From Phoronis australis (lineage: Eukaryota > Animalia > Phoronida): 64,000 nt of DNA. The DNA lies in the NCBI GenBank assembly GCA_002633005.1, contig NMRA01000614.1, forward strand, positions 76,974-140,973, given 5' to 3'. Position 1 is the first letter of the stretch; every line of letters starts with the position of its first letter. The position numbers and the translations under genes were made by a program. The notes beneath the pieces were generated by a model. That model was not told the origin of the DNA and did not search any database. It worked only from the letters and a program-made list of their open reading frames with translations. Positions 36,973-51,443 of the stretch are shown here, piece by piece.

Positions 36973-39900
36973 TTAACTTATTTCTCAATGTTTATATAGT
37001 TATTTAGGTTGTGCTAATGGTCATTTAATCCGATAATTCAGCATTAAAAGGTTTGGAACATCCATATGTGCGTTTCTCGAAACGTTAATAACTTTACCGT
37101 ATTTCACCGCAACGCTCTAATATAGCTAGATTCAGTTCTTTCTACATACTGGGTCTGATAGTATTTATAGATCATGACGGTGTTGTAACAGGTAGGGAGC
37201 GTGATAAACAGGGTTAAAGTAACTTTCTCGTAAGATTAATGTTTTAAGGAATTGCTACGACCCCCCCCTCCCCCCAACCTGTCCTATGGACACGGCCAAA
37301 ACGCCATTGGCGTGTCGTTTGAGGGGCTCTGTACGCGGACATTCTTCGTTCAAAACTGGAAGAATCGTCAACTGTGAATACGCGTGATTAGACTTTCCTC
37401 GTGGGCGTTACCGCAAACCAAATCGCAACCATTCCACCTAAATTTGGCGTAGTTATTTCCATAACTCTAGAAACTAAAGCATTGTATCCTCTCTGGCTTT
37501 ATCACTTCGAGTATCAGTGCTGCACACCTGCTTAACCTAACCTCTCAAACTCTCGCCATTGATTTCCTGAACACAATCTGGCATGCTTTGTGTAAACTAC
37601 GGTAATGTGTTTCGGCATTTGAAGGATTAGACGTCTCGATTAACTATTAGGGGTTTATCTTTTGCTCGGAGAATCGTTACTCATGTTCTAAGTTGTTATG
37701 ATACAATCATAAACTGGTCGTCACAGAGCAAACACTGAAAAGCGATCCAATTATGTGGGAATTGCAGCTGCCAACCTCGCCGAGAGGGGGCAGCACAAAC
37801 GGGGGTACCTGTCTAGTACGTCCCAGCTTGTTTCTGTTGCTCTAACTATAACCGCCAAAACCACACACATATAAGGAGGTCAGAAGAAATGATATTTGTA
37901 GTCACTTTGTGGGCTGCCGGGAATCTACTAATCAATCCTACATGGGGCGAAACTTGCGGCGACTGGCGATGACGTTGGTGACGAATGGATTACCGTACCG
38001 TGGCTCCACCTATTTTAATAAGATTAAATTAGCACTATCACGTATCGCTACCTATTGAGTCGAATTAGAACTATCTCTCTCATTGCCAAGTCGGCTAGAT
38101 GCCAACATCATTTCACAATTGACTATCGAACGAGACCAAATGTAAGAGGGTGTTCTTGTCTGCAGCAAAGTTTGCCGGGGTTCGATACGGTTTTCATTTA
38201 TCGTTAGATTTTTTTAAATTTTGATATTTTATGGTTTAATCTTTTCCTTTAGAGGGACTCATCGTTCTATTCGAGAACCTTGTCTTAAATTCTCAAGAGA
38301 CTGGTCTCAAACGGATTTTGAAGTTCTATGCTTAGTCTCTATTGTTGTAGACTCAGGCCCGTAGCCAGGGGGTTCGGGGGGGTTCAATCGAACTACCAAC
38401 TGAGCGATTGTTGCAGTCATTCAACACCCAATTGACGGGGTTTCCTCGGGATTCCCCAGTGTACACATAGGCTGAGCAATCGAAACAAAAAATGTGCTAA
38501 TTAGCGAAGAATGAGTTGTTTTAAAACTACGAAAAGTACACAAATACATGTCGTCACTTAAAACATATTTTAGACATGAAAACAATTTTAATCATTGGGC
38601 TCATTTGTTGGCTTAAAAATCGTATTTAGAATTAATTTGCGTCTAACTATTTTGTGCCACATAAAACTCATAAAACCAACTCAAACAATAGCACAGGTTA
38701 TGAAATTGCGCACTAACAGAAATTGCTTGGGTATAATTAATACGATACTGCAGTTCCAAGCTTATAACTTTCTGTGGGAATTTTAGAATATTGTATTTCA
38801 ACTTTGAAATTTAAACATCCACACGACGCACTAATTCATTCAGTATGCGGACTCACGAAATGTCGCACATATGACATTTGTTGGTTTTCTCTTAGTCGGG
38901 TATAGCCTCGATCCAGTCTCCATCCAGCTCACAGTTGGCTTCGTGCGAGCCGAATATACAGTCAAGTAACTGACTGTATTGGAAAGTTATGTGTGTTGAC
39001 CAGACCGATAGGTGTCGCATCAGTGCTACTCTTTACGTGAACCAATGCCGGCGTGGACAGTGAGATTACAAATGTGTTGTCGTTACACCGCAGATATCTA
39101 CATGCAGTTAAACGTAAAAGAGAATTGTTGTTACGGGGGGAGACAATCTGTACCCTTGTTGAAAGGGTTAACCTGCGTTTAAAATTGCTTGATACTGTCT
39201 CAGTCTCTGAGCACTATTAGTAGTCAAGCCGGGGTATCAGCCGGGATCCTATCTGGCAGCTAGTTGGCAAGCCAGAGATGAAATGCACAATAGAGCTTAT
39301 AGCTATCCATTGAGGTCTGACTTTCAGTTATTTTCCTGAATCAGCTGATTGCTCATTTCTATTAGACAGGCCGGGGTAAACATTAGCTTCACATCACTAT
39401 CGAACATCAAACGAGCACGACAGCAGTGTGTTCCTTCTCTGCAACCTTTTTTGCCATCAAATTTAACTTCACACTGTCACTTCTACGTCCCAGTTATATC
39501 ACAAACACCTTTGGGTGGGGAATTCGTTGTTTTTGAAATACGACAATTACAAATGTTTGTGAATTTATTGATTACAAGATTGAAGCATGGTTTGTTTCCC
39601 TAAGTCCGAATTTCTGTACTCCGATATCGATAAGTCAACTAAGTTTTTAGATGTTGCTTTCACAGCAGTCAATATTATGCGACCTTCCTGCACTAGCATT
39701 TGATGGATTATGGTATCTATAGATTTCCCCGCTGACATGTCGCGACAATTTCCTAGCATAATTTTCCTACCGACGTTACATCGGAGATAAGGTTCCAACA
39801 ATGTTTAGTTAACCCAGTTCAGGAAAATGAGGAAAACAGACGAATCCTCGTGTTATTTCTATTTTGAAACTCAATATCTAATATCGTACAGTCTATTAGC

Positions 39901-40441
39901 GATATACTGTTCTTCAATGTTCTCTTTGAAATTTGAAAATGCCTTTCTAAAACACATGGCGCTAGAAATGTGCAACAGTTATGAAAAATAATTTTTGTGA
40001 ATTCATTGAAGATTCTGTGTTTCATTAATTGCATGATATCCCATAGATACAGCTTTAGGGTTACTTGGAGTCCGGCGCAGTGCCCTTTTTGGGGGGTACG
40101 TGGACATTCCTTGGAAAATAGTAGTTGACCCTACCCTTGTAACACTCAAGAATCGCCAAGGACAAGCAGTCCTATGCTTAAAACGGATCTTTCCCTTTGA
40201 TTTATGGACCCGTTTCAAAACGGTGTGCACATTCAGTCCCACCAGAAGGCAGATTTGTCATCATTTGAATGATGGTCAGACGTCTATATATCTTGTCGTC
40301 CAACCCCAAATCAGACTGTATATCAGGCATCTTACCGTGGGAACCTACAATCCGAAGACGTGATTTGTCGTTGTCTGTCCCTGGTGTACGGTAAGCGCAA
40401 TGGTACATCCGATTTATGTCCAGTATAAATCGAAATTATTT

Positions 40442-40804
40442 CACTTGCTGTGGATAATTTAGTCAGGAATTCATCCAAAATTATTCATCTTTATATATCA
40501 TAATTAATTGGACCTTAAGTACCGTTTCATACAATTTCATTCTTCATTAAAAATTCAGAATTCAGTAACATTTACGAAAAAATTGATAAACCACTCCAAG
40601 TCTATGTCCGAAATTTGCAGATAAAAGTTTTCTGATAGATAAAAATAGGCAAACATCTATCAGGTAGCTTTGAAATGTACTGTGCATAGCTCACATTGGT
40701 TGCAATATAGGACTTTCCATAAAAGTTTAGAGACAAACTCTTTTCTTCTGAAAGTAAAAGTTAGTGATCCTGATACATGTAGAGTACATTACCGTAAACA
40801 AGAG
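40442..40804 (+). repeat. Interspersed repeat family C, copy 1
   Basis: About 350 bp collinear with 57652-57988 (TGTGGATAATT...CCGAAATTTGCAGATAAA...AAAGTAAAAGTTAGTGATCCTGATACATGTAG...TTACCGTAAACAAGAG). Confidence 0.85.
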
Positions 40805-43800
40805 GTACACCGCCCCAAGTACGCGCGTAAACGATAGTCAACAAAATTTCCAAAACAATATGCAAATTTGTTGCGGTTTTTTGCTCATTAGTGGTCAATG
40901 CTCAGGTGACCATATGGGCCCGCATCTAATACAGCGTACACCTACAGTGTAGCGAAGGTAAACTTGCTGTCTGAGTTTTCATAAGTGAACGTTCGTAAGA
41001 GTTTTGATTTGATTTGTTGCCTAAAAGATATCTCAAACCTTGCTCACAAAAATTGGACACTTTTACAATATCTCACATACGTCCAGCAAAATACCTTATC
41101 TTCAAATTCGAAATATATGCCGTGTTGCGAGAAATAAAGATTTCGAAGAACCACCTTGGAACCCCACAACCGCTTTGAAATATGGTTTACTACTTATCGG
41201 ATGTCAAAGGTCATATAGGGCTGTCACTCAAATCGAATCTCCCGCCAGGTACAGAGCAACTTCGTTTGTATACCCTCAATCCTTTCATTCACTGAGGGCG
41301 CCATAACACTGCGTCAACGACATGTACATATGATAGAACGATGCCAGGGAAAACGAAGACAAAACGTAGGTTTGATCCTGAGATAGTTGTGTGTCTACAT
41401 GCATACGACCGTTGAGAACGAATGCTACTAGTCGCCTCACGCCTCTGTGACTTAGTGTTCACCTACACAGCAAGTTGTGAAAAGCAATTAATTTAACATT
41501 TCGTTGTTTCGATCTCATTCTCACGACGTGCTTTAACCGCCGGTCTGATTTCTCTATCCATTTCGTACTTGGTTTTCACACCAGTGTCAAAGCGCGTGGT
41601 ACAGTATATCTAACAATGAACTGTTGACCTGGTTTAAAGTGGACCACAATGCACCAGCTTGACCCACTTAATATGCTGACTCCACCTCTGACCTAGTTGG
41701 AATCTGGATTGGAGATCGACTTGGTTTAAATTTCCAAATTTAAAATTTATTCAACAAAAATGCTGCTAGGATTTGTCATATAAATCCTTAATTTTTGCGT
41801 AATGTAACAAAGACTTCATTCTATTTTATACAAAAAATATCATACGTTTTGCGAGTCGATTTGTCATAGAAATCAAACGAAAAGGCTAATCGAAAATTTC
41901 TAACAATTTTTTTTGAGGTAAGTAGTGAACTTTTCATTTAAAAAGGGGTCATTATAATCGACCAAGGGGTTACTTTGCTATGAGTGTACCTTTCTTAAAC
42001 ATGGAATTTTGACTTAAAAAAGGTGTTAATATAATAATGATAATAATGACACATAAATATAAAACATATTTTTATATTCCCTGATATTTTTTCTTTCAGA
42101 AAATATGTACATTCACTAGTTGAAAAGCCTATTTTTATATACGGGTTAGAATGGGGAACACTCAGTAAGGTTTGAGATAACCTTAACAGTGAATTGTACC
42201 AATATTCACTGCGTTCGGAGAGCTCTGTTCGCCCTTGATGACTGATTATGTTTCATCGGCCAGAATATGAGGCATTTAAGTATCAGTACAAGACAAAAGT
42301 AATCAGACTAAATACCGCTTCCCGATCTTGACGGCTAATTCTGTTAACGTCAAAAATGACAGGTAATGACAGTTAATTCGCCAAAATTCTAATTACGAAA
42401 TGGCTTAGCCACTTTACTTACTTGCCTGTTCATAACCCTTAATTCTCGGTCATGAGGAAAGACTTTACTCTGATGATGAATTCAGCGTCCGCCCAGCCGT
42501 CATCTATGACGGGGAATTCCGGGGGTCATTTTGTCTGAATACTTTTAGCTTGTACTTGTAATAATAGCAATGCTTAAATTACTGGTAAGACGGTCGACAG
42601 AACCCTGTGCCGATAAGCTATATACATGACAACAAGAACAAATCTAATGTTGACGTTGTTAAGGATACAGTGAAAATGCTTTTGGGCTTACCTATCGGTC
42701 AACAATAAAAGTCGGCTGGTCTCGTATGCCGTGATCCCTTGAGCACGAGTATTGAATGTAATTTCATTTGATAATACTGGGTGATTTCCACAGTAGGTTA
42801 TTTTTGTTTGCTTTTGCGATATTCAAGTAGTTTGTCGAAAAAAATGAAACAGCAACGAAAGTAGTCCAGCAGCTCCATTGTGTTTGTTCGTGGGCGGAGA
42901 AGTGACCGCCTGTTGGATAAAGTGTGCTAGAGCACGGTTGGTGCGACCGCGAGCAAATAAAAGGTCCACTAGACGGAGAAAGTCTTCCGGGAAAGGGTAA
43001 TATGTGTCAGCGAGAGGGGATCTGTGCACGCGAAAGAAAAATTTTGTGCAAGGAACTTTAGGTGCGCTGTCTTGCAAAAGAAATGATTCCAATCGATTAT
43101 CAAATAAGGCGTGGCAACATTTTTTGTTTCCGCCATGAAATGGTGCTCACAGTCGGTAATTAATTTTTTGGTGTTTAAAGCCTAACTTCAACGGAATTTT
43201 GTTATTTTAGATGTATTGGTCTAACCAGATAGTCCCACCACAGCCTTAGTAAAATAAGATAACGCAAGTTCAATCACGCAAATTTAAGCCCGTCAAATGA
43301 TAGGTGAAGCTGCCTGTTCGTGCCATGTTGCGTCACCGCGAGATCCCAGCACAAACAAAAAAGGGGTTTGAATAGAACACCATTGCGTGAGGGTGTTATT
43401 CGCAGTTGTTTGAATTAAAAGGTGATTCTCGCGGTGACGTAGACAAAATCAAGCCAATACGCCTAACAGATCGTTTCATTTGACAATTTATGGCATTAGT
43501 AGGCTCAGAGCGATGCTCTTAACATACTGTAGGAACTAAATTTACAGGTGTTGGCGTTCAAGATAGGCTTTAATTTTTTCTTAACTTGAACTTGCATACA
43601 AAAAATCTTGAAATGTTTCTATCCGTCTGCCCGGACTTACATGTATCGTTCGATAATCCACACATCAGAAGTCTTAAAGCCAGGGCGGTGCACTATCAGG
43701 TGATCATTAGCGCTTAACTAAATCACAAGTGCGATGTTGTAAACATCAACAGAAGAAGAAGCGGTATTACCGGTATTAGATTTACAACATCTGTGGGTAA

Positions 43801-44018
43801 ACAGTGACCAGCGTGTGGGAAAGCTAAACCAGTGATGGCATGGGGTAAGCGAGCACTCGCTTCGATAATCTAAATCCAAACACCTAAACACGAAGAGGCA
43901 AGCTGTTCATCAGGAGTACGCGTGGCTATTATGAGTTTCAGGTGAGGAAGGCATGCAACTTTTTATCTCCATTTGAGCCATGCTGTGCATCACAGTAGGT
44001 CCTGTGTCGAATGCAAAC

Positions 44019-44174
44019 CTGGCGCGTGTTCAGTAGACGCGAGGACCTTCGGTAGGACCTAGCTAAAACCTAGTCAAAGTCACGTGTTCTCTTTAAAATA
44101 CACGGCAATATCTCACGTAATCTCGCGAAGTCTTGCTTTTTAGCGAGGCCCTAGAGTTACTGAACGGGAGGCAG
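44019..44174 (-). mobile_element. MITE family B copy (Harbinger-like)
   Basis: Close reverse complement of 51286-51443, with TIR core GTTCAGTA..CGC.AGGACCT. Confidence 0.85.
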
Positions 44175-44497
44175 GCTATCGTATTATAGATATGCATGCT
44201 ATAGAATTGTTGTGATTGGTTTGACAAATATCTTCCAATGAGACAACGCATGATGACTCCGGACATCCAGTCAACGTAATATATTGAACGCGGACACGTA
44301 AAACAATTGTGAGACACACGACTGGTATTTTCTGCATTTTGCTATTTTCGTGTGGGTATTCAGAGAATTAAAGTAACTCGAAACGTTGCACCGTGCATAA
44401 ACTCCGTCATAGGCTTAGCTTTAAGATATTCTGGGTTCTCCCATTCCGTGAGACTTCTCTTTAACCTTCTAAAGCATAATTGTTGCCACGAAGTAAA

Positions 44498-45017
44498 TGT
44501 TATGTAGGACCTCATCGGCAAGTCTTTACAGTCAGCCAAACACCTACAAAACTGTGAAATTTAACTCAAAAAAATCAGTATTTTCTGATAGTGGAAAGCA
44601 TATACAACACGATATTTGCCTTTGTGCCAACCTACCATTGATTGGGTAACGCGATCACGTGTTTTTAGTAAAATTGAATAAAACAGAAAGGTGCGTTTTT
44701 ACCAAAGCAACGGTTTCAAACAACGTTACCGAAATTCATTTGGTATAAATGTTCAAAATGAAATCTCAAAAAACGCTGTTACAATTTTCTAAATTGTCAT
44801 TTCGTTTTCAGTCGATGCATTACAATCATAAAAGTCCTATTTTTGATAGCACTCTTGCAAAAAGTGAATCATTCTAAAAACTCCTAATGGCGTTTTGGAT
44901 ACCAGTGCTAAAGCGAAGTACCAGCAAGTTTCGTTTGAATCCGATCAATTATATCTGAGTGATATGATGTTCCGAAGCTAGCCGACTTTGGTCTTTTTCC
45001 TTTGAACCTACCTAACC
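44498..45017 (+). mobile_element. Kolobok-type MITE family A, near full-length copy
   Basis: Both degenerate termini are visible (TGTTATGTAGGACC ... ACCTACCTAACC; consensus TIR approximately GGTTACGTAGGACCC). Internal homology to the other copies. Confidence 0.75.
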
Positions 45018-45668
45018 AGAGAAATGCTGGACCGTTGCAACACAGTAAAGACCATGTTATCGTATCAAGCCTAGTATATTTCCATGAAACGGGCCACGGC
45101 GTATTTTTATGACTCACGGCATATTGATGGACATCCCTTATAGTCAATTCATTACCGTGCTCTCGCATACTCGAGTTTACCACGTACTCAATCCATTAAT
45201 CGGATATATAGTTGCGTCTGCACTACTCAAACACGGATAAGTGGTTTAGCTCGAACAAAGTCCACATTTCGCGTTCGGTTACTTTCAATGAGCGAACAAC
45301 TCTCCCGGGATATATCAGTTCCTGCGAAAACCTATCTAAAAGAATGTTTCACAAATGAACCCATAATGTTCCTCGTTGGGTGCTGGTGTTAATTGGAAAA
45401 CCATGTTCTCAAACTGGCATGGCCGAGAGTATGTTAGTAATGGTTTACATTGGGCATAATATTACCGCTGGGGACAGTAATCAATGTAACGATTTTAGCT
45501 TGTTCTTTAACATAAGTTTATTTTTATAAATAAACTCATTTTATAAAGAAAACCTTCCACATTAATTGTGATCCAATGGTCCATGTGTAAATACTGTTAG
45601 GGGAAGTATACACGTCGGTTTATTCGCTGATACAATCTGTAGACGAAAGACACTCGCGAGTAGACCTG

Positions 45669-46068
45669 GGCCGGTCTCCAATCTTTTTACTCGAAATGGA
45701 ACTCGAAATTAGGTTTGGCATTTTCTACTCTACTTTTGGGCGAACTCAAGATAAGTGTCTATTATTCTATGCTCGAGTACACAATAACTTTCGTAGATGA
45801 TTTATTGCCCTTAGTTCACAGTTTGTAAACCCAATGTTAAAGCAATAAGGTCGAGTTTGAACTCGAAATTTCGAGTTTTTACTCGAGTTTGTAGCACGAA
45901 TGTAAGGGTCTTCAAGGGCAAACTTGAACTAGAAACTCCTATGCATAAACTATAATGTATTCGAGCACAGTCTGATACCCAATTATCTTAAGTTCGCACA
46001 AAAGGAGCAGAGAAATTGCCAAAAATAGTTTCGAGTTCGTTTCGAGTACAAAGATTAGAGACCGGGCC
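45669..46068. mobile_element. PIF/Harbinger MITE with CTG TSD
   Basis: About 40-bp TIRs: GGCCGGTCTCCAATCTTTTTACTCGAAATGGAACTCGAAA versus right-end reverse complement GGCCCGGTCTCTAATCTTTGTACTCGAAACGAACTCGAAA. CTG at 45666-45668 and 46069-46071. Internal ACTCGA repeats. Confidence 0.88.
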
Positions 46069-49000
46069 CTGGTGTGATCACAAGCTTCGCTTGTAGTGTA
46101 TGGCTTTACTTCGCGACGATTTGCGTATTCAAGCTTTTCCCGCTGAAAAAATGAAACTACAAATTTGCTTACCCTTGAAAATTGTTTTGCTTTAAGTTTA
46201 AACTTGTAAACTAGAAACCACTGAAAGCTCTAAACAGGAATCCAATTCCTTAGCTTTATGTGTTCCACTCATCGAGTATTTCTGATTACTGACTTTCTTT
46301 GGTGTACATGTACTGCGAACAAATAAGCTCAAAATTTTCGCCGACATCTCCTCGAATCCCATATTACAGGATAGAATGAAAATTGAACCTGACTTTCAAT
46401 AAAATCCGATTGATTTTTCATCAATTAGGCACGCCAAACCATATCCTCATGTCTGCTAATCCCGTATTTATTAAAACACCGGTCAATTTCGTCCCCTATT
46501 ATTACGCACTTCGCTTGATTGTGTTTCGCTCATTTGCGCGAGCACATCTTGATATAGATCGAACAAGATCGTTTCTACTTCAAAGTCAAACCAATGTGTT
46601 TTCAAGTGCCCTTATAGACTTTGAACTGAAGTACTTGTGCGTGTAGAACGTTTAAATCGCGCTGTGGATTTAATTGGCGCACCTTAAGCTAAACCAACTT
46701 CCCAGGTGAGTGGACGGATTGTTTGGTATTTTTACTTTATTCTACATTGCTCTATTTACGGCACGTTTCTGAAAATTGTTTTGAATAATTTCTGTGAAAA
46801 TATATGCGTCAGTTTCAAAAATATAGACACTAGCGGAAATTCTAAATAATTTAAACACAAAACTCCCTTCTAATGATGATTTTGGCCTGATGTGCACGTG
46901 AAATGTACTCAGGTCAACGCATATTTCTTAACTTTCTGGTACCCCAAATCTAAGTTTGGGCCTATGTTCAAAAATAGGGGGCCTCTCAGACGATAATCCA
47001 TCATAAATGAGATCGTTATGGGTGTTTGCATTGTTGAAAATGTACTCCCGAAATGCGACGTGACGCACGAAAAGGACATCTGAAACAATTCATCGAATAG
47101 ACGACTGACTGTAACGGCAAATAAAGTCTTTAAATATGGTGCTGCGGTATTGGCACTCATTGACACCGTTCATGATGGAAAACCCTGAAAAATAGTGTTG
47201 TTCCAAATGCAAGCCCATAAAAATGGTTATTTATGAACAGGTTACAAATCTACTAATACCGATAGTGTAAGAAATAAATCTCTATGTGATTAAAACGACA
47301 CAATCGGTTCTGAAGGCCGAGAAAATAATTTTGGCTTATTTTGAGTGGGTTGACTTCTTGAAATTATTAGCTTTGACCAGAAATTTAAAACAACAAAACC
47401 TATTGTGTTTTTCTCATTTTGTTCTAAGTCGTCGATTCCTAACAAACCACCTTCAATCAAAGTCAACTGCCAGGTGTCGTGGAAAGGGCCGACGGGCGTT
47501 GTGTAGTGCTGATAATAGTCGATGATAGGCGGATGCGTTTGCATGTCTCTCTCACGTTCAGAAGTAGCTTGACACTCGTGATTACTTTTGATTGATTTTA
47601 ATTGTAAAATTTGAAATTGTTTTTGAAAAGCATCTGTTCTTTCCAGTTTTGACTAACTAACCGATCGAATCCGTCGCGAGGCCTTAAAATGTTTGAATAA
47701 TCTCGGCCAGCCGTAGTGATGATACAAAGTTCGCCTTCCTAAATGGCCAGATACGTTTTGAAAACCCGATAATCTCACAATTACAAGTGCTGACAAGAGC
47801 AGTTTTTGGGTTTGCAACCATTAAGACTGCAGTGCTGTTAAGCATCACGCCTAAAATAACTTGTTGGGCAAAATAAACTCGCGAGTAAGGCGGTACTTGA
47901 AGGTCACGTGGCAAAACAGCTGGTGTAGTCGAGGGTTACTGGTCACTTCATAAATATATGCGTAGACGTAGATGGGCTTGCTTTAGTGGGGTACGAACAA
48001 CCCTCCCCCTCGATCCCAGTTACGACTTAACTTCCTCCCAGTTTCACAAGCACGCCAGTTTTACCGCCCCGCCCCCCTTGTCCTCCAGTCGACTCACGTT
48101 TACCGTCAATTTCTCCACTGTCGCTTCAGAAGGCCCGTAGGAGGCTAAACGTTATTGGGAAGAGGGTACAAACTAAAGTCGGATTCCTCGGCTATCGCCA
48201 CCACTTCATTCCCCCAGGTCGTCGGTGATGTCGCACCTACTTCACCACAGGAGCGCGAACTTAGAGGGAGAGGTGCAAACCACTTGGAGGAAGCTGCCGG
48301 AAACTTGGGCACACTTGCTTCAAAACAATGTCGCGAGAAATGGTTGCTTTTAGACTTGAAGCGATTATACGTGGTTGTGGTAGGATTTTTAACTTGTAGA
48401 GGAGTAACTGTATTGCACGAATTTCACTATATTAGGGTGCCAAGCAGATGTCCTGCCAAAACTATTCTTTAGGAGGTATAAAAGTAAAATTAGAAACCCC
48501 AGCGAAATCCGGAGAAATACGAGGAGAAATAAAATCGCCTCGAAATGAGTAGATGGAACATTGTGTCGGAAATGTCGGTTCTAGATTGGCCAAATAAGGT
48601 CTAAATTCTAGATTCGCTCAGAAAGTGTTTCAAACTCCCTTGAAAATGATTACCCGAGTTTCTAGTGACTGACATCGGGGGGCTGGCACGTGACACTGGA
48701 CTGTCCAAATGCTATTATCCGACGTCAAAATTCACCGAAACACCAATTTCTTATATAGTCATTTCAGATTGGCAAAAATCACCAAGTGCACTTTGTCGTT
48801 TGGGGTAGGATGCATGATATGATAGAGATTTTCCGAATTTCAGCCCGCATTAAATTTCATTGAAGCATCGTTAATTTCTTACCATACGGTCTTATAACAG
48901 TCAACAATCGTCTACTACGAGTCAGTTGATTTTCGGAGATACATAATCGTGTAAATCAAAACCCTTGCAGGATATACCAAAATGAAATAACCTTGACGTC

Positions 49001-51096
49001 ACATCGCATGACAACACAATGTGTAAGCTACGAGTTAATTGCCGATTATTCTAACAGATTAAAATTGCAAGACTCTCTCAAATCTGCAATTCATACATGT
49101 AGTATGGAATTCTTAGGCAACTCCCGAAGGAGTGTGTGCAGATGCACGTACTTGATGTGCAGCTGGCCGGAAGTGCACGGGAGTCGGTGCATACACCGTG
49201 GAGGTGTGTTTAGGGACCCTCCCGGATCTAAGACATTTCCGAATTTGTTCGTGTTGGCGTGAATTCTGGTTCATTCCAGAGGTAGCCTCTCCAACCGGTT
49301 TACGAATTAAACTTGCACAATCTAATAATCGCAGAAATGTTTGTTTACAACTGTTAGTGCATACACTTTGTCCACCTTTATCCATCAGACATGTACACGC
49401 ACATGTATACGCTTTTATAGACAGTGATAACCAATGATACTCGTGCCAGTCTGATCGACAAATTTCTTTTTTCACCAATGCTGCGTCGCGGTCCCTAATA
49501 ACAATATTCAAAAGAAACAATATTCCTGGAATTCTTTCGTACAATGTCGATATTCTATCGTGATAACACCATCGATAATTTTCCCTTCGTGTAATTCACG
49601 AACAGTCTCTGCTTTTCAAGTTCTTCTGCAATTTGATTTGTTCTGCTACCCTTCGTGACTAACTGACAGCGCCGGGTTTGAAGTGTGCAAAGGTGCTGTT
49701 GCCACGTGCCTCCCTTCCAGTAGAGAATCCGTCTTGGAGGGGGTTTCGTACTACAAATGGCATGCTGCCTAAATATTCTAGTATCAAAGGCGGTCTCAAT
49801 TAAAAAACTGAAAAAGAGTGGCTGTTGGTTCCATCATTGTCTCACCCTCCTTCCATCGTAGGGTCACCTTCCTACAAAAACATTCCATCACCGTAACTTT
49901 CGGTGAGTGGTCCATTGAGAAGAAAATATAAATAAGAGAAACAGGAAAGTGTAGTCATGGATACCATCAGCGGAACCCTTGCCAGGAAAGTTTCACCCTC
50001 ACACCTGTAATTTATTGGGTGTGCGTATCCTTCCCGGACCTCTCTTTTTACCCCTATGAATTGATAAAAAGTTCTAGACAGTCTAAAGTGACGAAACAAA
50101 AGGAGCGCATTGCTGTGTAGTTAATGAATGTGTCTATTTTTTTAATAATTCCTTTCCCTTGTCATAAATCAGATTGAAATTCGTCAAATAAACTTATTTC
50201 TCGACTGCACCAAAATCGATACTTCTTTTATTACTTACTGTACGCAAGTTCAGTGCATTTCGCCCGCTAATGCTCGACGTGGTGACGCTGGTACGAGTAC
50301 GTATGTGTTCAGTGTGTGACACTAGGCTACCAGGTGAATAAATTACGGATATTGTCAATTATTTTTTAATCTTTTTCTCTGGACATTTTTGTTCATTTTG
50401 AAAAACGAAAGAAACATGTTCAGGTTGTTGGCCCACGAGATGGTTTCTTTACAACCGTATATAAGTCCAAAGGTATGCAATTCAACAGCCCATACTTCAT
50501 GATGGTGGCAAAGCAGGGTTGGTTTTAACTTTGTGCCGGCGATAGTTCTAATTGTGCGCTCATTTGTAGACATAAACTTAGGAAATGTGAACCGATTGGT
50601 ATTTAAAGTAGTCCAACTGTGTAACCCCAAACAAATCCCCCGTAAAGCATTCAGGAGGATATTGTGCGTGGACATATGCAGTTAAATCGCTCAACCACTA
50701 AGAGCGTAACCGGGATAATGAATACGAGTCTGGGCTTTTCCCTAGCAAAGCACACAACACCATTTTCTCACCAGACGTCGCCTTGAAGCGGCTGCTGCAA
50801 AGCGACCTCTGGCGATAATATGAGACGTTTCCCCTCAAACTCACCACACAGGACCACAGAAACATAACTATATCAGGTGTTTTTGCTCGTTTTACTTTGG
50901 TCGAAAAAACGAAGCGAGAGGTAGCAAACAAATAGTTGACAGTTTCCACTGAAGCCGGTGCATGAAAGCCACCACATCGTTCCCACATGAACCAACACTA
51001 GAACCCGAAATCAAATCTGCAACAGATTCCACAAATGCTGTCCAAAGTTGATGCCGTAAAAATCGGAATTTTCACAATTCATGGTTGTTTGAGGAC

Positions 51097-51135
51097 TATA
51101 TACATATATGTATATGTATATGTATATGTATATAC
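51097..51135. repeat. (TATATG)n microsatellite
   Basis: TATATACATATATGTATATGTATATGTATATGTATATAC. Confidence 0.9.
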
Positions 51136-51285
51136 CTGAAATCGTAACAGATTTCCCACCCAAAGAAATTAATTATAGGGAGTACAAATTGCCCGTGCGG
51201 CTGCAGTCTGTACAGTGCCACCTAAGCCAACGCTAGCGTGACTGGTCAGATTCTCTCCACATGTAACCATTTTTGACTGCGATAA

Positions 51286-51443
51286 CTGGCCTCCCGTTCA
51301 GTAACGCTAGGACCTCGCTAAAAAGCAAGACTTCGCGAGATTACGTGAGATATTGCCGTGTATTTTAAATGAGAACACGTGCCTTTGACTAGGTTTTAGC
51401 TAGGTCCTAGCGTAGGTCCTAGCGTCTACTGAACGCACGCCAG
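51286..51443 (+). mobile_element. MITE family B copy (Harbinger-like)
   Basis: TIR CGTTCAGTAACGCTAGGACCT...AGGTCCTAGCGTCTACTGAACG, bounded by CTG/CAG. Four copies in the window. Confidence 0.85.

Noticed and set aside
39349-40034. Minus-strand ORFs faintly like piggyBac transposase (LEPYL...GRKIMLGN)
   Set aside because: The catalytic DN.F/Y motif is absent and flanking frames do not continue the similarity.
49113-49544. 143-aa minus-strand ORF
   Set aside because: Non-ATG start, no splice signals or domain; consistent with a chance ORF.
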